Virus record (IMG/VR): IMGVR_UViG_3300032135_000003
Coordinates: 32,001 to 96,000 of that record
Reading direction: 5' to 3' (one strand)
Source: a virus
Taxonomy: Duplodnaviria; Caudoviricetes
Length of the DNA stretch: 64,000 bases
Below are positions 14,526-25,691 of the stretch, piece after piece. Each line of letters begins with the position of its first letter. Position 1 is the stretch's first letter. A program made the translations under genes and the position numbers. The notes beneath the pieces were generated by a model. It did not search any database. It was not told the DNA's origin and saw nothing but the letters and a program-made list of their open reading frames with translations.

Positions 14526-17324
14526 ATGGGGCTCGATAATACTTTTTCACAATTTAAAGGACTAGCAGGAACACAAGGCATGTCCCAAAGTCTACTTCCA
14601 CAGGCCATACCTAATAGTAAGAAGTCAAAAGCCTGGAAAGAAGGTAATATGGACAGACTTGAAATGATAGGTCTGGAGCAATTTAAAGAGAACCTTGTCT
14701 TTAAAGACTTCTACGATATGATAGAAGGAAGATTAGTCTACTCTGATTATGAGTCAAACCCAGAACTTTTAAGGGACATAACAAAACTAAGAGAAGAAAT
14801 TGATCTCCCCACTTTTGTAAAGCATTACGACATATTAGGAATAATAGTCAACACGCTTGTAGGAGATTATATGGATCAGAAAGATAGATTCAGAGTACAC
14901 TCCACAGATGCTATTTCAGAGAATGAGTTTATACAGAATAAAACAGAAAGGGTTAAGAAGTTTGTATCAGAGAGCTTCAATATAAAATTACAGAAAAAAC
15001 TAATTGAAAGGGGTATAAACCCTAATGAGCAGGATTTCAAATCAGAAGAAGAAAAGCAAGCCTACCTACAACAAATTGAAGCTACAAGAGAAGAGATGAC
15101 ACCTCCTGACATTGAGCTTGATATGCAAAAGAACTGGAAGACCAAAGCTGCTGAATGGGCTGAGAATACTATTGAAGCCGATACAGAGAAATTCAGAATG
15201 GATGACCTCGATAGGCAGGAGATGACAGACTACCTCTTAACAGGTAGATTTTTTAGACATTTCAAAGTAGGCTATGACAGTTATAAGCCTGAGCGTTGGA
15301 GTCCTATAAATACATTCTTTTCCCAAGACTTAGAAATTAAGAACCCACAAGACGGGGAATACGTTGGTAGAGTGCATTATATCTCTGCATCCGATGTAAT
15401 AAATAGATACGGGCATTTAATAACCGCAATAGAACAACAACAGTTAACAGGTTATTATGATGAAGAATTAAGTGAAGGAACTACATCAGGTGGAAGAGAA
15501 CCTTCTTTTGATAAAGTATTAGACAACCATTTTGTAGAGAATCACATTGTACCAGATGCCAATTACTATGAAAGGGAAATGGCGTATGAGCTGGAAGATG
15601 TTTTAGGAGAACCAATGGGAGAGAGGTTTACCCTTGATGAAAATGGAAATGAACAAAGGTCAAAAACTTTCCTACCAAGAAAAAACAATTTAAATTATAT
15701 AGGGACTGGTTATGCTGCCCATATTAGAAGTGATATAAAAGTAAGAACAGATTTAATTCAAGTAACCGAAACGTATTGGAGAGGATTTGAAAGAATTGGG
15801 CTGCTTACTTATGAAACTGAGGAAGGTATTATTGACCAAGAAATAGTTACAGATGATATACTGTCTGATTTCCTAAAAGAGAATAATATTAAAAGGGTCA
15901 ATACAAAAACCCTTGAAGAGGTAGATAATGCCGCACGTAAAGGAGACTTAAAAGACTTTGTAAACACAATTGTATTTACTTATGTTCCACAGATATATGG
16001 AGGAGTAAAAGTAAACAAAGGAAATTCCTATTTAAAGAAGGATTTATATTTAAAAGTAGAACCGTTGCCTTATCAAATAAAAGGGGATAGTGATATTTAT
16101 GATATCAAATTACCTGTATCAGGACTTATTGGAAACTCCATGGCAATGAAAATTAGACCATACCAGATAGGTTATAATTATTGTATGAACCAGATATATA
16201 ATTTGCTGGAAAAAGAAATAGGAATGTTCTTTCTATTTGATGTAAATTATTTACCCTCTGAGTTTAAAGACCAAGGAACTTCTGAGGACTGGATGCTACA
16301 GTTAAGAGAAATGGCAAGAGATGTAGGGATTGTACCATTAGACACCTCAAAACAAAACACCAAGTCAGCACAACAGTTCAATACTTTTATGTCACAAAGT
16401 ATAACCTACGATGTACAGATTAAGAGTAGGATGGAATTGGCTGCAAGTTATAAAGCACAGGCATTAGAACAAATAGGTATAACCCCACAAAGATTAGGTA
16501 CACCTTCACAGTATTCTACAGCAGAAGGGATTAAAAAAGCAGACAGCGCAACTTTCTCACAAACAGAAGCTTATTTTGCAGATATGAGATCATCTAAGGT
16601 ACGAACTTTAGAGATGCATTTAGCAATAGCACAGTACGCTCAAAAGGAAGGGAAAGACATTTCTGTATTCTATACAAAAAGTACTGGAGATACAATCTTT
16701 CTAAACTTCACTGATCCAGATTTCCCACTGAGAAGACTGGGAGTTTTACCCACTACAAATTCTAAGACAAGAAAAGAACTTGAAAATATCAAAGCCTACC
16801 TTCTAAATGACAATACAATGGGTCATGATATCCTAGACTTTGCACAACTAATGACCAGTGATACAATGACTGAGATACTTTCAGTTGGTAGAAAAGCTAG
16901 GAAAGAAGCCCAAGAGAGAGAGCAGGAAGGCTTCCAGAGAGAGCAAGATCTTCTTAATCAAGAACTACAAGCAAACGCTGAAAAAGCCCAAGGGGATAGA
17001 GATATGGTTATTTCTGAGAACCAATTAGACAGGGAAAACAAGATTGAAACAGAGTACATACAAGCCTTAGGTAGAGCCGCAGATAAGAATTCTAACACAG
17101 ATGATATGGAATTTGTGAGGAAAGCAAAGGATGAATCTCTAAAGAATTCGCAAAGAGATAGGGAAATTGATATCAAAGAAGATCAAGTCACCAGTCAAAA
17201 GTCTAAAGATGTAGCTGACTTAGAAATCAAAAGAGATAAGAATATGCTAGAACTTTTGAAGCTTAGACAAAAAAGAGAAGAGGTCAAAGCCCAAGAGCGC
17301 ATTAGCATCAGGAACAAAAATTAA
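14526..17324 (+). CDS. Portal protein (crAss-like type)
   Basis: 932 aa after terL. Motifs HYDILG.IVN.L.G, PYQI.YN..MNQI and IGITPQRLG, with a C-terminal coiled coil. Confidence 0.85.
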   Translation: MGLDNTFSQFKGLAGTQGMSQSLLPQAIPNSKKSKAWKEGNMDRLEMIGLEQFKENLVFKDFYDMIEGRLVYSDYESNPELLRDITKLREEIDLPTFVKHYDILGIIVNTLVGDYMDQKDRFRVHSTDAISENEFIQNKTERVKKFVSESFNIKLQKKLIERGINPNEQDFKSEEEKQAYLQQIEATREEMTPPDIELDMQKNWKTKAAEWAENTIEADTEKFRMDDLDRQEMTDYLLTGRFFRHFKVGYDSYKPERWSPINTFFSQDLEIKNPQDGEYVGRVHYISASDVINRYGHLITAIEQQQLTGYYDEELSEGTTSGGREPSFDKVLDNHFVENHIVPDANYYEREMAYELEDVLGEPMGERFTLDENGNEQRSKTFLPRKNNLNYIGTGYAAHIRSDIKVRTDLIQVTETYWRGFERIGLLTYETEEGIIDQEIVTDDILSDFLKENNIKRVNTKTLEEVDNAARKGDLKDFVNTIVFTYVPQIYGGVKVNKGNSYLKKDLYLKVEPLPYQIKGDSDIYDIKLPVSGLIGNSMAMKIRPYQIGYNYCMNQIYNLLEKEIGMFFLFDVNYLPSEFKDQGTSEDWMLQLREMARDVGIVPLDTSKQNTKSAQQFNTFMSQSITYDVQIKSRMELAASYKAQALEQIGITPQRLGTPSQYSTAEGIKKADSATFSQTEAYFADMRSSKVRTLEMHLAIAQYAQKEGKDISVFYTKSTGDTIFLNFTDPDFPLRRLGVLPTTNSKTRKELENIKAYLLNDNTMGHDILDFAQLMTSDTMTEILSVGRKARKEAQEREQEGFQREQDLLNQELQANAEKAQGDRDMVISENQLDRENKIETEYIQALGRAADKNSNTDDMEFVRKAKDESLKNSQRDREIDIKEDQVTSQKSKDVADLEIKRDKNMLELLKLRQKREEVKAQERISIRNKN

Positions 17325-17446
17325 TTAATTATTTATATAATATAAATTTAGGATTCATAAAAAGTCCTTTATTTGGAAATTCTTAAAAATACAAGAGAAA
17401 ACTAAGAATTTTTGATAACCTAAACATTTAACATAAATTTGCATCA

Positions 17447-18553
17447 ATGATTGGAAAACCAAATTCTGAAGAAGGTATAATGTCTTGGGACGATCTAATG
17501 GATGAGAGTCCACTAGAAGTAACTAAGCCAAACGTAGAGGAAGAAATTACTACGCAGGAGATACCTTCAACTGAGGAAGAAGAAGAGGAAGTAGAAACTA
17601 CAGTAGAGACTGTAGAAGAACAAGAAGAGGAAGAAAAACCTGAACCAAAAAAAGCCAAGGAAAATACAAATTCTGGAAATAGTTCTTTTACAAACATCAC
17701 CAAAAAGTACATTGAAAATGGAAAATGGGACGATGTAGTACTTGAGATAGATGGGGAAGAAGTCCAACTTTCCGAATTAGAAGATTTAGACGAAGATACG
17801 TTCTTTCAAATACAGGATGCTCAGGAGAAACTAAAAGAAGAAGAGAGGTCAGAAAAGTTCATCAATAAAGAAGGACTTAACGAAACCTCACTTAAACTTA
17901 TAGAACTTCAAAAAAACGGGGGAGATATCTCTGAGGCTTTTAGAGTATATAATGAATACGTAAATCCGCTTGAAGGACTTGACCTCAACAACGAGAGAAT
18001 ACAAGAACACCTTGTAAGAAAAAGTTTAGAGAGAAAGGTAGATGACCCAGATGTAATCAACTACACTATTGAAAAGTATAAAAAAGATTTGGTTCTCGAT
18101 AAAAAGGCTAAAGAGGTAGTAGACTTCACCAACCAAGCCTTTGACACCTACATACAACAAAAGAATACAGAGGCTAAAGATAAGAAGACTGAAGAAGTAG
18201 AAGCTCACAAGACGTATTTAAACACTCTAAAGGAGCAGTATAAAGATGTAGACTTGAAGCCAGCCCTCAAAAATAAGTTTTTACAACTTGCCAACAGGGA
18301 TGATAAAGGAGAGATAGAAGCAATTAATTTAGTTAGAGAGCAACTAAAAGACCCAGCACAAGCAAAAGAACTTTTGTACTTCATAGCCGAGAGGGAAGCA
18401 TACAAAAAGAGTATTGGAATAGAATCTAAGAAAACAACAAACTTAGACACTTTCAAAAAAATAAATATAATTAAAGACAGACAGAAAAAACAATCTGGTA
18501 CAACTAAAAAAGTTGAAAAAGATGTTGCTGATTTTAACTTTTTTGAAATTTAA
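17447..18553 (+). CDS. Acidic scaffolding-like protein
   Basis: Glu-rich disordered N-terminus and helical remainder, between portal and capsid genes. Confidence 0.7.
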   Translation: MIGKPNSEEGIMSWDDLMDESPLEVTKPNVEEEITTQEIPSTEEEEEEVETTVETVEEQEEEEKPEPKKAKENTNSGNSSFTNITKKYIENGKWDDVVLEIDGEEVQLSELEDLDEDTFFQIQDAQEKLKEEERSEKFINKEGLNETSLKLIELQKNGGDISEAFRVYNEYVNPLEGLDLNNERIQEHLVRKSLERKVDDPDVINYTIEKYKKDLVLDKKAKEVVDFTNQAFDTYIQQKNTEAKDKKTEEVEAHKTYLNTLKEQYKDVDLKPALKNKFLQLANRDDKGEIEAINLVREQLKDPAQAKELLYFIAEREAYKKSIGIESKKTTNLDTFKKINIIKDRQKKQSGTTKKVEKDVADFNFFEI

Positions 18554-18590
18554 GTATAATCAATTAACAACTAAATAAAAACTATTAACA

Positions 18591-20291
18591 ATGGCAGTAA
18601 CACAAAAAGGTGTACCAATGCAGAGACAAGGAGACCAAGTAATTGGATTTCTTAACTCTACACAGGTAAAATCTATTCAAGGATACCAAGACATGGCATC
18701 CCTAAACTCTTGGTATCACCAAGACCCTTTAAACAACCACTTAGGTTTAATGCAGTTCTGGGGAAACCAAGATAGAACTACTGTGCCTATTTACGGAGAA
18801 CTAATGAAAAACAAATCTATTATTGAAGTAGATGGTTTTGAAGGTTCTTTCTCGTATGATATTCCAATTGAAGAAGCTAAAGGCTGTATAACTGAGGTAG
18901 ATTTATCTGCGCAACAGTTTCCAGGTGTGGATGGTTCTCCTTTTGAAATAGGACTTGACCGTGAATACACTAAAGGAGATATCCTTACTTATGACCCTGA
19001 ATTTGGAGAACAAGTAATAGTAACTGATGACGCAAATGTAAGAATGGAAGGTACTGCCTTTATTCACACTGTTGCCCTTATTACTAATGATAAACTTCGT
19101 TATTTCCCATCTCACCAATTAGCTAAAGGTATTTCTTACTACAAGCTTTCTCATGCAGGTGGAGAATATACAACTGAGTTCTCTCACGTTGAATTCCCTG
19201 ACACTGTAGGACACATGACTTGTGAATTTAAGTTAGGTGGAATCAGAGGGGCACAAGCTTATGTAACTGGTTTTGCAGATAAGAAAACTAAAAACTTCTC
19301 TGGAGCAGCCGCATCAAGCCAACAATTCTTAGATAAAATTTCTCAGGAAGCAGACGCTAAAGGTGAATTTGTATTTGTAACAAATATAGACAAGTCAACT
19401 GGGAAACCTAATATGAAAAATGCTTCTATTGGAACTACTATGGAGTATCTAGTAATGAAAGAGCTTGAGAAAATGACAGCTCAATCCTTACTTTTCCAAA
19501 AGGCAGGTACAGTAAATGATGGTAATGGTTCTTTCCGTATCAACGAAGGTCTATGGCATCAACTACGTAGAGGTAAGCGTATTCTTTATGGTCGTCCAGG
19601 TGGTATCACCCGTTCTAAAATTAAAGAAGCCGCAGAATATGTATTCCGTTCTAACCCTACTTTAGACTACCGTGAAAGGAGAATCAAATTCAAATGTGGA
19701 ACTAGAGCGTATGACAACGTATTAGAGATTTTCTCTGAAGAAGTAAACGCACAACTAGATAGACTATCTGCATTCTTAGGAACAGACAGACAACTTCCAA
19801 AATCTCCTATTTCAGGAACAAGCTTAACCGAGCTTAAATTAGAGGAAGTAAGATTTACTGAAGTGTTCCTTCCAGGAATCGGAACAGTAGAACTTGAAAA
19901 AGATGAGTCTCTTGACTACTCTGTAATGTCTGATAGGTTCTCTACAGGATCACACGGAGATGGTATGGCACACACAACTTACTCTATGGTAATTTGGGAT
20001 GCTTCAAACCAAGGATACTCTAACAACAAAAATCTTCCAAAAGGAACTAAACTTGTTGAAGGTGGAAATTCTAACTCTAACATCTTTATCGTTAAACCAA
20101 AAGGTGAAATGACTTACTGGGGTAGAGAAAATGGACGTTATGATATAGACAAAGCTGGTGGAATTGTTTCATCTAGTAAGTATATAGGGACTGAATTCTG
20201 GGCATTTAATAGCTCTAGTATTTGGGTAAAAGACCTAACCAAATTTGTTATGATTGAGTTAAACCCTGCCGCTAGGTTAGGTTTCAACTAG
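18591..20291 (+). CDS. Major capsid protein
   Basis: Position after portal and scaffold, highly expressed codon style (CGT, TTC, AAC), NEGLWHQLRRG motif, followed by a terminator. Confidence 0.85.
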   Translation: MAVTQKGVPMQRQGDQVIGFLNSTQVKSIQGYQDMASLNSWYHQDPLNNHLGLMQFWGNQDRTTVPIYGELMKNKSIIEVDGFEGSFSYDIPIEEAKGCITEVDLSAQQFPGVDGSPFEIGLDREYTKGDILTYDPEFGEQVIVTDDANVRMEGTAFIHTVALITNDKLRYFPSHQLAKGISYYKLSHAGGEYTTEFSHVEFPDTVGHMTCEFKLGGIRGAQAYVTGFADKKTKNFSGAAASSQQFLDKISQEADAKGEFVFVTNIDKSTGKPNMKNASIGTTMEYLVMKELEKMTAQSLLFQKAGTVNDGNGSFRINEGLWHQLRRGKRILYGRPGGITRSKIKEAAEYVFRSNPTLDYRERRIKFKCGTRAYDNVLEIFSEEVNAQLDRLSAFLGTDRQLPKSPISGTSLTELKLEEVRFTEVFLPGIGTVELEKDESLDYSVMSDRFSTGSHGDGMAHTTYSMVIWDASNQGYSNNKNLPKGTKLVEGGNSNSNIFIVKPKGEMTYWGRENGRYDIDKAGGIVSSSKYIGTEFWAFNSSSIWVKDLTKFVMIELNPAARLGFN

Positions 20292-20310
20292 AGAATAAAT
20301 ATTTAAGAAG

Positions 20311-20350
20311 TTTTCCTCTGTACTATTAGGTGCGGAGGAAAATCTTTCTT
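20311..20350 (+). terminator. Terminator after the major capsid gene
   Basis: Stem TTTTCCTCTGTAC/GTGCGGAGGAAAA followed by TCTTTCTT. Confidence 0.65.
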
Positions 20351-20376
20351 ATCTTTGTTAAAATTTTAACAATTAG

Positions 20377-22059
20377 ATGAGAGGAAAAACAACCCCGCAG
20401 TTCATTGAAGAAGGGAATTTAACACATAATAATTTTTATTCTTATCCCAATGCAATATATGTTGCTGCTAAGAATAGGTTAAAAATTCAATGTCCTATAC
20501 ATGGGGAGTTTCAACAATCTCCAGACAATCATATAAATAGTAAAAGAGGTTGTAAAAAATGTGGATATATTAAAGGACACAATAAATTAAAATATGGAGT
20601 AGAGAAGTTTATTAAGCAAGCTAAGAAAGCTCATAATAACAACCCTTTACTTAATTATGACAAGGTAGAACTTGATGTCCTTAGTGACACAGTGACTATA
20701 ACTTGTAAGATACACGGAGACTTTCCGCAAAAAGCATCTGACCACTTAAAACCTTCAGGTTGTCCTAAGTGTTCAAGAGAAAAAGCTGTTGATAAAATTA
20801 GAATACCATTAGAAGAGGCGATCAGAAGATCAAAAGAAGCACACGGAGATAAATATGATTATTCTTTACTTAAGTACGATAAAGTAACTGATATAGTACA
20901 AATAGGTTGTCCAAAGCATGGATTTTTTCCCGTAGCTTTAAATTCACACTATTCTGGAGTAGAATGCAAGGATTGTAGTATAGAAAGACAAACTACAAAT
21001 AAATTTGATGATGTAGAAGATTTTGTTAGAAAGGCTAACTTAGCACATAACAACTTCTTTGATTATTCAAAAGTGGTGTATACAGATTCTACAACTAATG
21101 TAGTTATCACTTGTCCAGATCACGGGGACTTTCCTCAAATGCCATACAACCATATACAAGAACAGGGTTGTAGTAAATGTTACTCAAACGTATCTAAAAA
21201 AGAAACTGCTGTATTAGACTTCATATCTTCTCACATAGAAGCGGAAGGAACAAACAGACAGTTTATAAATAATAAGGAAATAGACATAGTTGTCCCCTCT
21301 AAAAAATTAGCTATAGAGTTTGACGGACTCTACTACCATAGCGAAAAGTTCATTGATAAAAAATACCATTTAGAAAAAACCCAAGAGTGCAATAAAATTG
21401 GGTATTCTTTAGTCCACATATTTGAGGATGAATGGGATAAAAAACCAGAGATTGTAAAATCCAGATTGCTGAACCTAATAGGAAAAACCCCTAATAGAAT
21501 CTTCGCAAGAAAGACAGTTATAAAAGAGGTTAGCAGCAAAGACTCAAGGGAGTTTTTACAAAGATGTCACATACAAGGTAATGTGAATGGAACAATAAGA
21601 CTGGGACTTTACTATGAAGATAAATTAGTATCCCTAATGACATTTGGAGCCCTTAGAGCAACTTTAAGACAGGAGAAGAAAGAAGGATCGTTTGAACTAC
21701 TAAGGTTCTGTAACGAACTTAATACAACTGTTGTTGGAGGGGCAAGTAAATTGTTTAAACACTTCCTTAACAATTATAAGACCAAAGAGATTATTTCTTA
21801 TGCTGATAGAAGATGGAGTGAAGGAAACCTTTACGAACAACTAGGTTTTGATTTTATAGCAGATACAGACCCCAACTTTTTCTACACAAAAGGAACTGTC
21901 AGAGAAAGTAGATATAAGTTTCAAAAACATAAACTGGAAGATCAGGGAGAAGATAAATCTAAAACTGCTACTGAAATAATGAAAGATAAAGGGTATAGTA
22001 GGATATTTGATTGCGGTTCTAAGAAGTATAAATTTACAGTTCAGAGTTCAGAACTATAA
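20377..22059 (+). mobile_element. Free-standing homing endonuclease (Hef/Vsr-like) with four Zn-ribbon repeats and a GNAT-like C-terminal domain
   Basis: Four C-x-x-HG-x-F...H...C-x-x-C repeats, nuclease motifs EIDIVVPSKKLAIEFDGLYYHS and HIFEDEW, and C-terminal ELLRFC...GGASKL...SYADRRWS...YEQLGF. It interrupts the head gene cluster. Confidence 0.8.
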
Positions 22060-22140
22060 AGAATTTACTTATAAATTTTTCAATTAGCGTTATATTGCTT
22101 ATTTTTGCATTGTTAAAGTAATGTTAATAAAACCAATATA

Positions 22141-23097
22141 ATGATTACATCAATTAAACCCGCAGAAAATTTTAAAGTTGTAGTAAACGGCTTTGAGATA
22201 GAATCTGGAAAAATATATCAAGTTACCCCTAAGCCAGATGAGGATGCACCCGATGGTTTTAGAAAAGAAAGAACAACCAAAGTACTTTCACCAAGAATTA
22301 CTGAAAGTATAGGTTGTGTTAAAAATGCCCAAACAAATACTTGGGATACTGGGTTCTATGAGTACTCTCCTTGCTATAAGCACTTGCCTATGGATCAACG
22401 AGAAGAAATAGTAAAGAACATAGTAAAAAATATTAAAGAGCCTATTGAAAACCTCTACGGTGGAACTAATAAGCTAGACCAAAACAACGATGCGTTTTGG
22501 GACGAATACTCTTTTGAACTTAGAAACGGTGAGATTTTCAACACTGCCGAACCTAAGGAACTATTAAACCTTTATATGGCAATTCTACACAGAAGTTTAG
22601 CTCCTGTAAAAGATGCAAGCCACACTTCATATAGAGAAGCAAAGTATTGTGTTATTAACAAAGACGAAGTTATTAATAGAAAACTTTCCAAAGACCTTAA
22701 TTACAACAAAGCTATTGGGAACTTCTGGACACTATATGAAAATGATAAACCAAAACTTATTGATGTACTAGGTTACTTAGGATTGCATGCTACAGAAAGT
22801 ACAAATGAAGCTACTCTAAACAATATTGTAAGTAATTACCTAAAGAATAAACAATCTGGAGACCAAAATGTTGAAATCTTCTTAGACACTTTCAAAAAAG
22901 CAAAAACAGAAGAAGGAAAGGCAGAAATTAAACTCTACGGAAACTTAAAAGATTTGGCTAAAAAAGGAGTCATTATTAAAGAAGGAACAGATTATATGTT
23001 AGCTGGTAAACCTATTGGTTCCACTTTCAAAATCGCTGCTTCGGTTGTAGCAAAAGACCAAGAACTTCAAGAGGCAGTAATCACTGCACTAGACTAA
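22141..23097 (+). CDS. Conserved virion-module protein
   Basis: 318 aa between the capsid and ring genes, with TATTTTTG at 22100 upstream. Confidence 0.7.
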   Translation: MITSIKPAENFKVVVNGFEIESGKIYQVTPKPDEDAPDGFRKERTTKVLSPRITESIGCVKNAQTNTWDTGFYEYSPCYKHLPMDQREEIVKNIVKNIKEPIENLYGGTNKLDQNNDAFWDEYSFELRNGEIFNTAEPKELLNLYMAILHRSLAPVKDASHTSYREAKYCVINKDEVINRKLSKDLNYNKAIGNFWTLYENDKPKLIDVLGYLGLHATESTNEATLNNIVSNYLKNKQSGDQNVEIFLDTFKKAKTEEGKAEIKLYGNLKDLAKKGVIIKEGTDYMLAGKPIGSTFKIAASVVAKDQELQEAVITALD

Positions 23098-23103
23098 AAA
23101 AGA

Positions 23104-23769
23104 ATGACAGCAAGCAGAGCTTACGAGAAGTATTTACTGAAAACACAGGAGAACGGTACGAATGATAACCTACCTGTATCAAAAGACTACTTTAAGGCTT
23201 TGTTCAACGAAGCACAAAACAAGTATGTTGAGTGGCATTTGGAGAAAAGAAATACTGATGACAGGCGAAATATTCAAGTGTTATTGGTTGCTGACAAACT
23301 GATAGAGGATTCAGTCGTAGTATTAAATCACTCAGACTTTACCCTACCAGCTGATTACTTTGACTTTTCAAATGCCTATTGCTTTGGCTCAAAAGGAACC
23401 TGTTTAAATAAAAGAATAGATTTATTTGAGATAAAAGATGAAAATCTAAATGAGTTAATTACAGACGAGTTTAATAAACCGTCTTTTGAATATAGAGAGA
23501 GTTTATACCAATTAATAGGAGATAAGCTTTTAGTTTACACAGACAACTTCACAGTGGATAAGCTCGCAATATCTTACTATAGATATCCACAACAACTTCA
23601 ATTAATAGATCCGTTAAATCCCGAAAGCAAATTAGATGATACAAAAAATCCTGAATTTGAGGATAGAGTAGTAGACAGAATAATATCTATAGCAGCAGGA
23701 GACTTCGATTTAAACGGAAATAATCCACGTACACAACTTCAAAAACAAAGAGTAATATCTAAAATTTAA
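23104..23769 (+). CDS. Head-tail ring/adaptor protein
   Basis: LFNEAQ...FTLPADY...FNKPSF...SYYRYP pattern typical of crAss-like ring proteins. Confidence 0.7.
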   Translation: MTASRAYEKYLLKTQENGTNDNLPVSKDYFKALFNEAQNKYVEWHLEKRNTDDRRNIQVLLVADKLIEDSVVVLNHSDFTLPADYFDFSNAYCFGSKGTCLNKRIDLFEIKDENLNELITDEFNKPSFEYRESLYQLIGDKLLVYTDNFTVDKLAISYYRYPQQLQLIDPLNPESKLDDTKNPEFEDRVVDRIISIAAGDFDLNGNNPRTQLQKQRVISKI

Positions 23770-23813
23770 TCAATTCAATTTTTAATAATCAACAACAATT
23801 AAATTAAACACTT

Positions 23814-25619
23814 ATGGCATCAAACAAACCGTGGGATAGACATTTAGTTACCAATGAGGGTTTAGTAATGACTGATAGTCATTCTACCCGTCTTGCAAAA
23901 GGACAAATTGGTATCTTTGACATGTCCCAAGAGAATCAAACAAGACTGGGAAACCCAGCAGTATCTACTTTTGCGGGAGCCCCTGCAAACAGGAAATTCG
24001 AGATTAAGTTAGGTATCCATGATATCTCTCCAAGTAGGTCTCAATCTAACAAGTCAATGGCTACTATTCCTTTCACTCTTGGTGGAGTAAAGAGAGTGGC
24101 TGTATCTGCACCTACTCAAATGACAAACATTACTGACGAGTGGTTGGTAGGTTTCGATGGTAGAGCTGGTACTGAATTAGTATTCAATGCAGGAGAAACT
24201 ACTGAGTTAAGTGTTCTTCTTAAAGGAGAAGCAATGGGTATCTTAGGGTACACTAATGCAGAAGCTCTTTTTCACTTGCAATTCACTGCACCGCAAGCTA
24301 TAGCTGATGTAAACAATGAAAAAATTGTTACCGAGGCTGTTAAGGCTTTCAAACGTGAAGAGTTTATAGGACAATATCCTGTAACTGAACTTCTTGATAT
24401 CACCACTATCAACAGTGAGAATGTAGCCCTTGTAGGAACAAATCATGATTTACAAGAACTTTCTATTCAAGATGAAGGTGGAAGTTCCGACTTAGCTTTA
24501 GTTCAAGCTCAATATCCTGCTTATGATGTTAAGAAAACTAATAGAGAAGGTAATATCTCAACTTACACCGCACTTGCAAAATCAGGTTTAGTAGGTGTAG
24601 TAGGTGGTAGCTTTGTAATAGGTCAAGAGTATGAGATTGTTACTATTGGAACTACAGATTTTACTGCTATTGGTGCATCTGAAAATACAATAGGAGTTAA
24701 ATTTGTTGCAACTGGCATTGGAGCAGGGACAGGAACTGCCGATGAAGTGGAACTAGGAGATTTTTCTCAGGATGTTAATGGAACAATTATCTTAACTGAC
24801 TGGACTGTTATAGCAACTGGTAAAGCCTCAACTGAAGCTTATACTATTAGACTAGCAGATGACGCTGGAAACACTTCAAGACTTGCTGAATTGCAAGCTG
24901 CGTATCCTGATCTTACTATTGCTGAGGTAGCTGACACTTGGTCTCCTGCACTTTGCCAAAGAGATTATTCAACTACTGTTGTTACTAATGTAGTATTTGA
25001 AGAATGTTCTCCAGAGTTCAATGACTTGTTTGAGTCAGAAGCACCAGCACCTTATGATTTCATAGAGTGGGAAACTGCTGAACCAGTTTATAGTGCAACA
25101 GCTAAAATGGGTATTAGGTTTAAAGTAAAAGAAACAGTTCTTGCTGCAAACAGTGAAGCTTTAAGACACCAATTTCCTTTCTACAATACTTCTGCTAGAT
25201 TAGAAGTATCAGGTGGATATCCAATTGATGTAAATGAGAGTTTCGCACGTTACACTGGTGGAATCTTTAATATCAAACTTATTTCCAGAGCCCAAGAGCG
25301 TTCTAACTTAGGTGGGAACCTTCAAGACTGGGAAACAAGGGGAGATTACTACTTTACTAGGGAAAATGCACATAAAGACAACCTTTATGCTCGTCACATC
25401 TACGGTAGAGAAAGCGACTTGGATGAACTTGTTCAATATGTAGATTACATAATTGAAGTAAGCAGAACCAAATTTGCTCAAGGTTTCAATGACACTCAGT
25501 CAGAAACTATCATCTATCACATCCTTGCACCAGTAGGGAAGAACGATGCAGTGGAATCTATTGTAAATGTTCTTGCTGTTGCAGCAGGTTTGGATGCAGT
25601 AGAGGCATACCCAGCATAA
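23814..25619 (+). CDS. Abundant structural protein (auxiliary capsid-like)
   Basis: 601 aa with highly expressed codon style, followed by a strong terminator. Confidence 0.65.
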   Translation: MASNKPWDRHLVTNEGLVMTDSHSTRLAKGQIGIFDMSQENQTRLGNPAVSTFAGAPANRKFEIKLGIHDISPSRSQSNKSMATIPFTLGGVKRVAVSAPTQMTNITDEWLVGFDGRAGTELVFNAGETTELSVLLKGEAMGILGYTNAEALFHLQFTAPQAIADVNNEKIVTEAVKAFKREEFIGQYPVTELLDITTINSENVALVGTNHDLQELSIQDEGGSSDLALVQAQYPAYDVKKTNREGNISTYTALAKSGLVGVVGGSFVIGQEYEIVTIGTTDFTAIGASENTIGVKFVATGIGAGTGTADEVELGDFSQDVNGTIILTDWTVIATGKASTEAYTIRLADDAGNTSRLAELQAAYPDLTIAEVADTWSPALCQRDYSTTVVTNVVFEECSPEFNDLFESEAPAPYDFIEWETAEPVYSATAKMGIRFKVKETVLAANSEALRHQFPFYNTSARLEVSGGYPIDVNESFARYTGGIFNIKLISRAQERSNLGGNLQDWETRGDYYFTRENAHKDNLYARHIYGRESDLDELVQYVDYIIEVSRTKFAQGFNDTQSETIIYHILAPVGKNDAVESIVNVLAVAAGLDAVEAYPA

Positions 25620-25645
25620 TTTAATCAATCAATTAACTAAAAGAG

Positions 25646-25680
25646 AAGGGGAGTATTTTTAATAACTCCCCTTTATTTTT
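25646..25680 (+). terminator. Intrinsic terminator
   Basis: Stem AAGGGGAGT/ACTCCCCTT followed by TATTTTT. Confidence 0.8.
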
Positions 25681-25691
25681 AAGGAGGCAAA

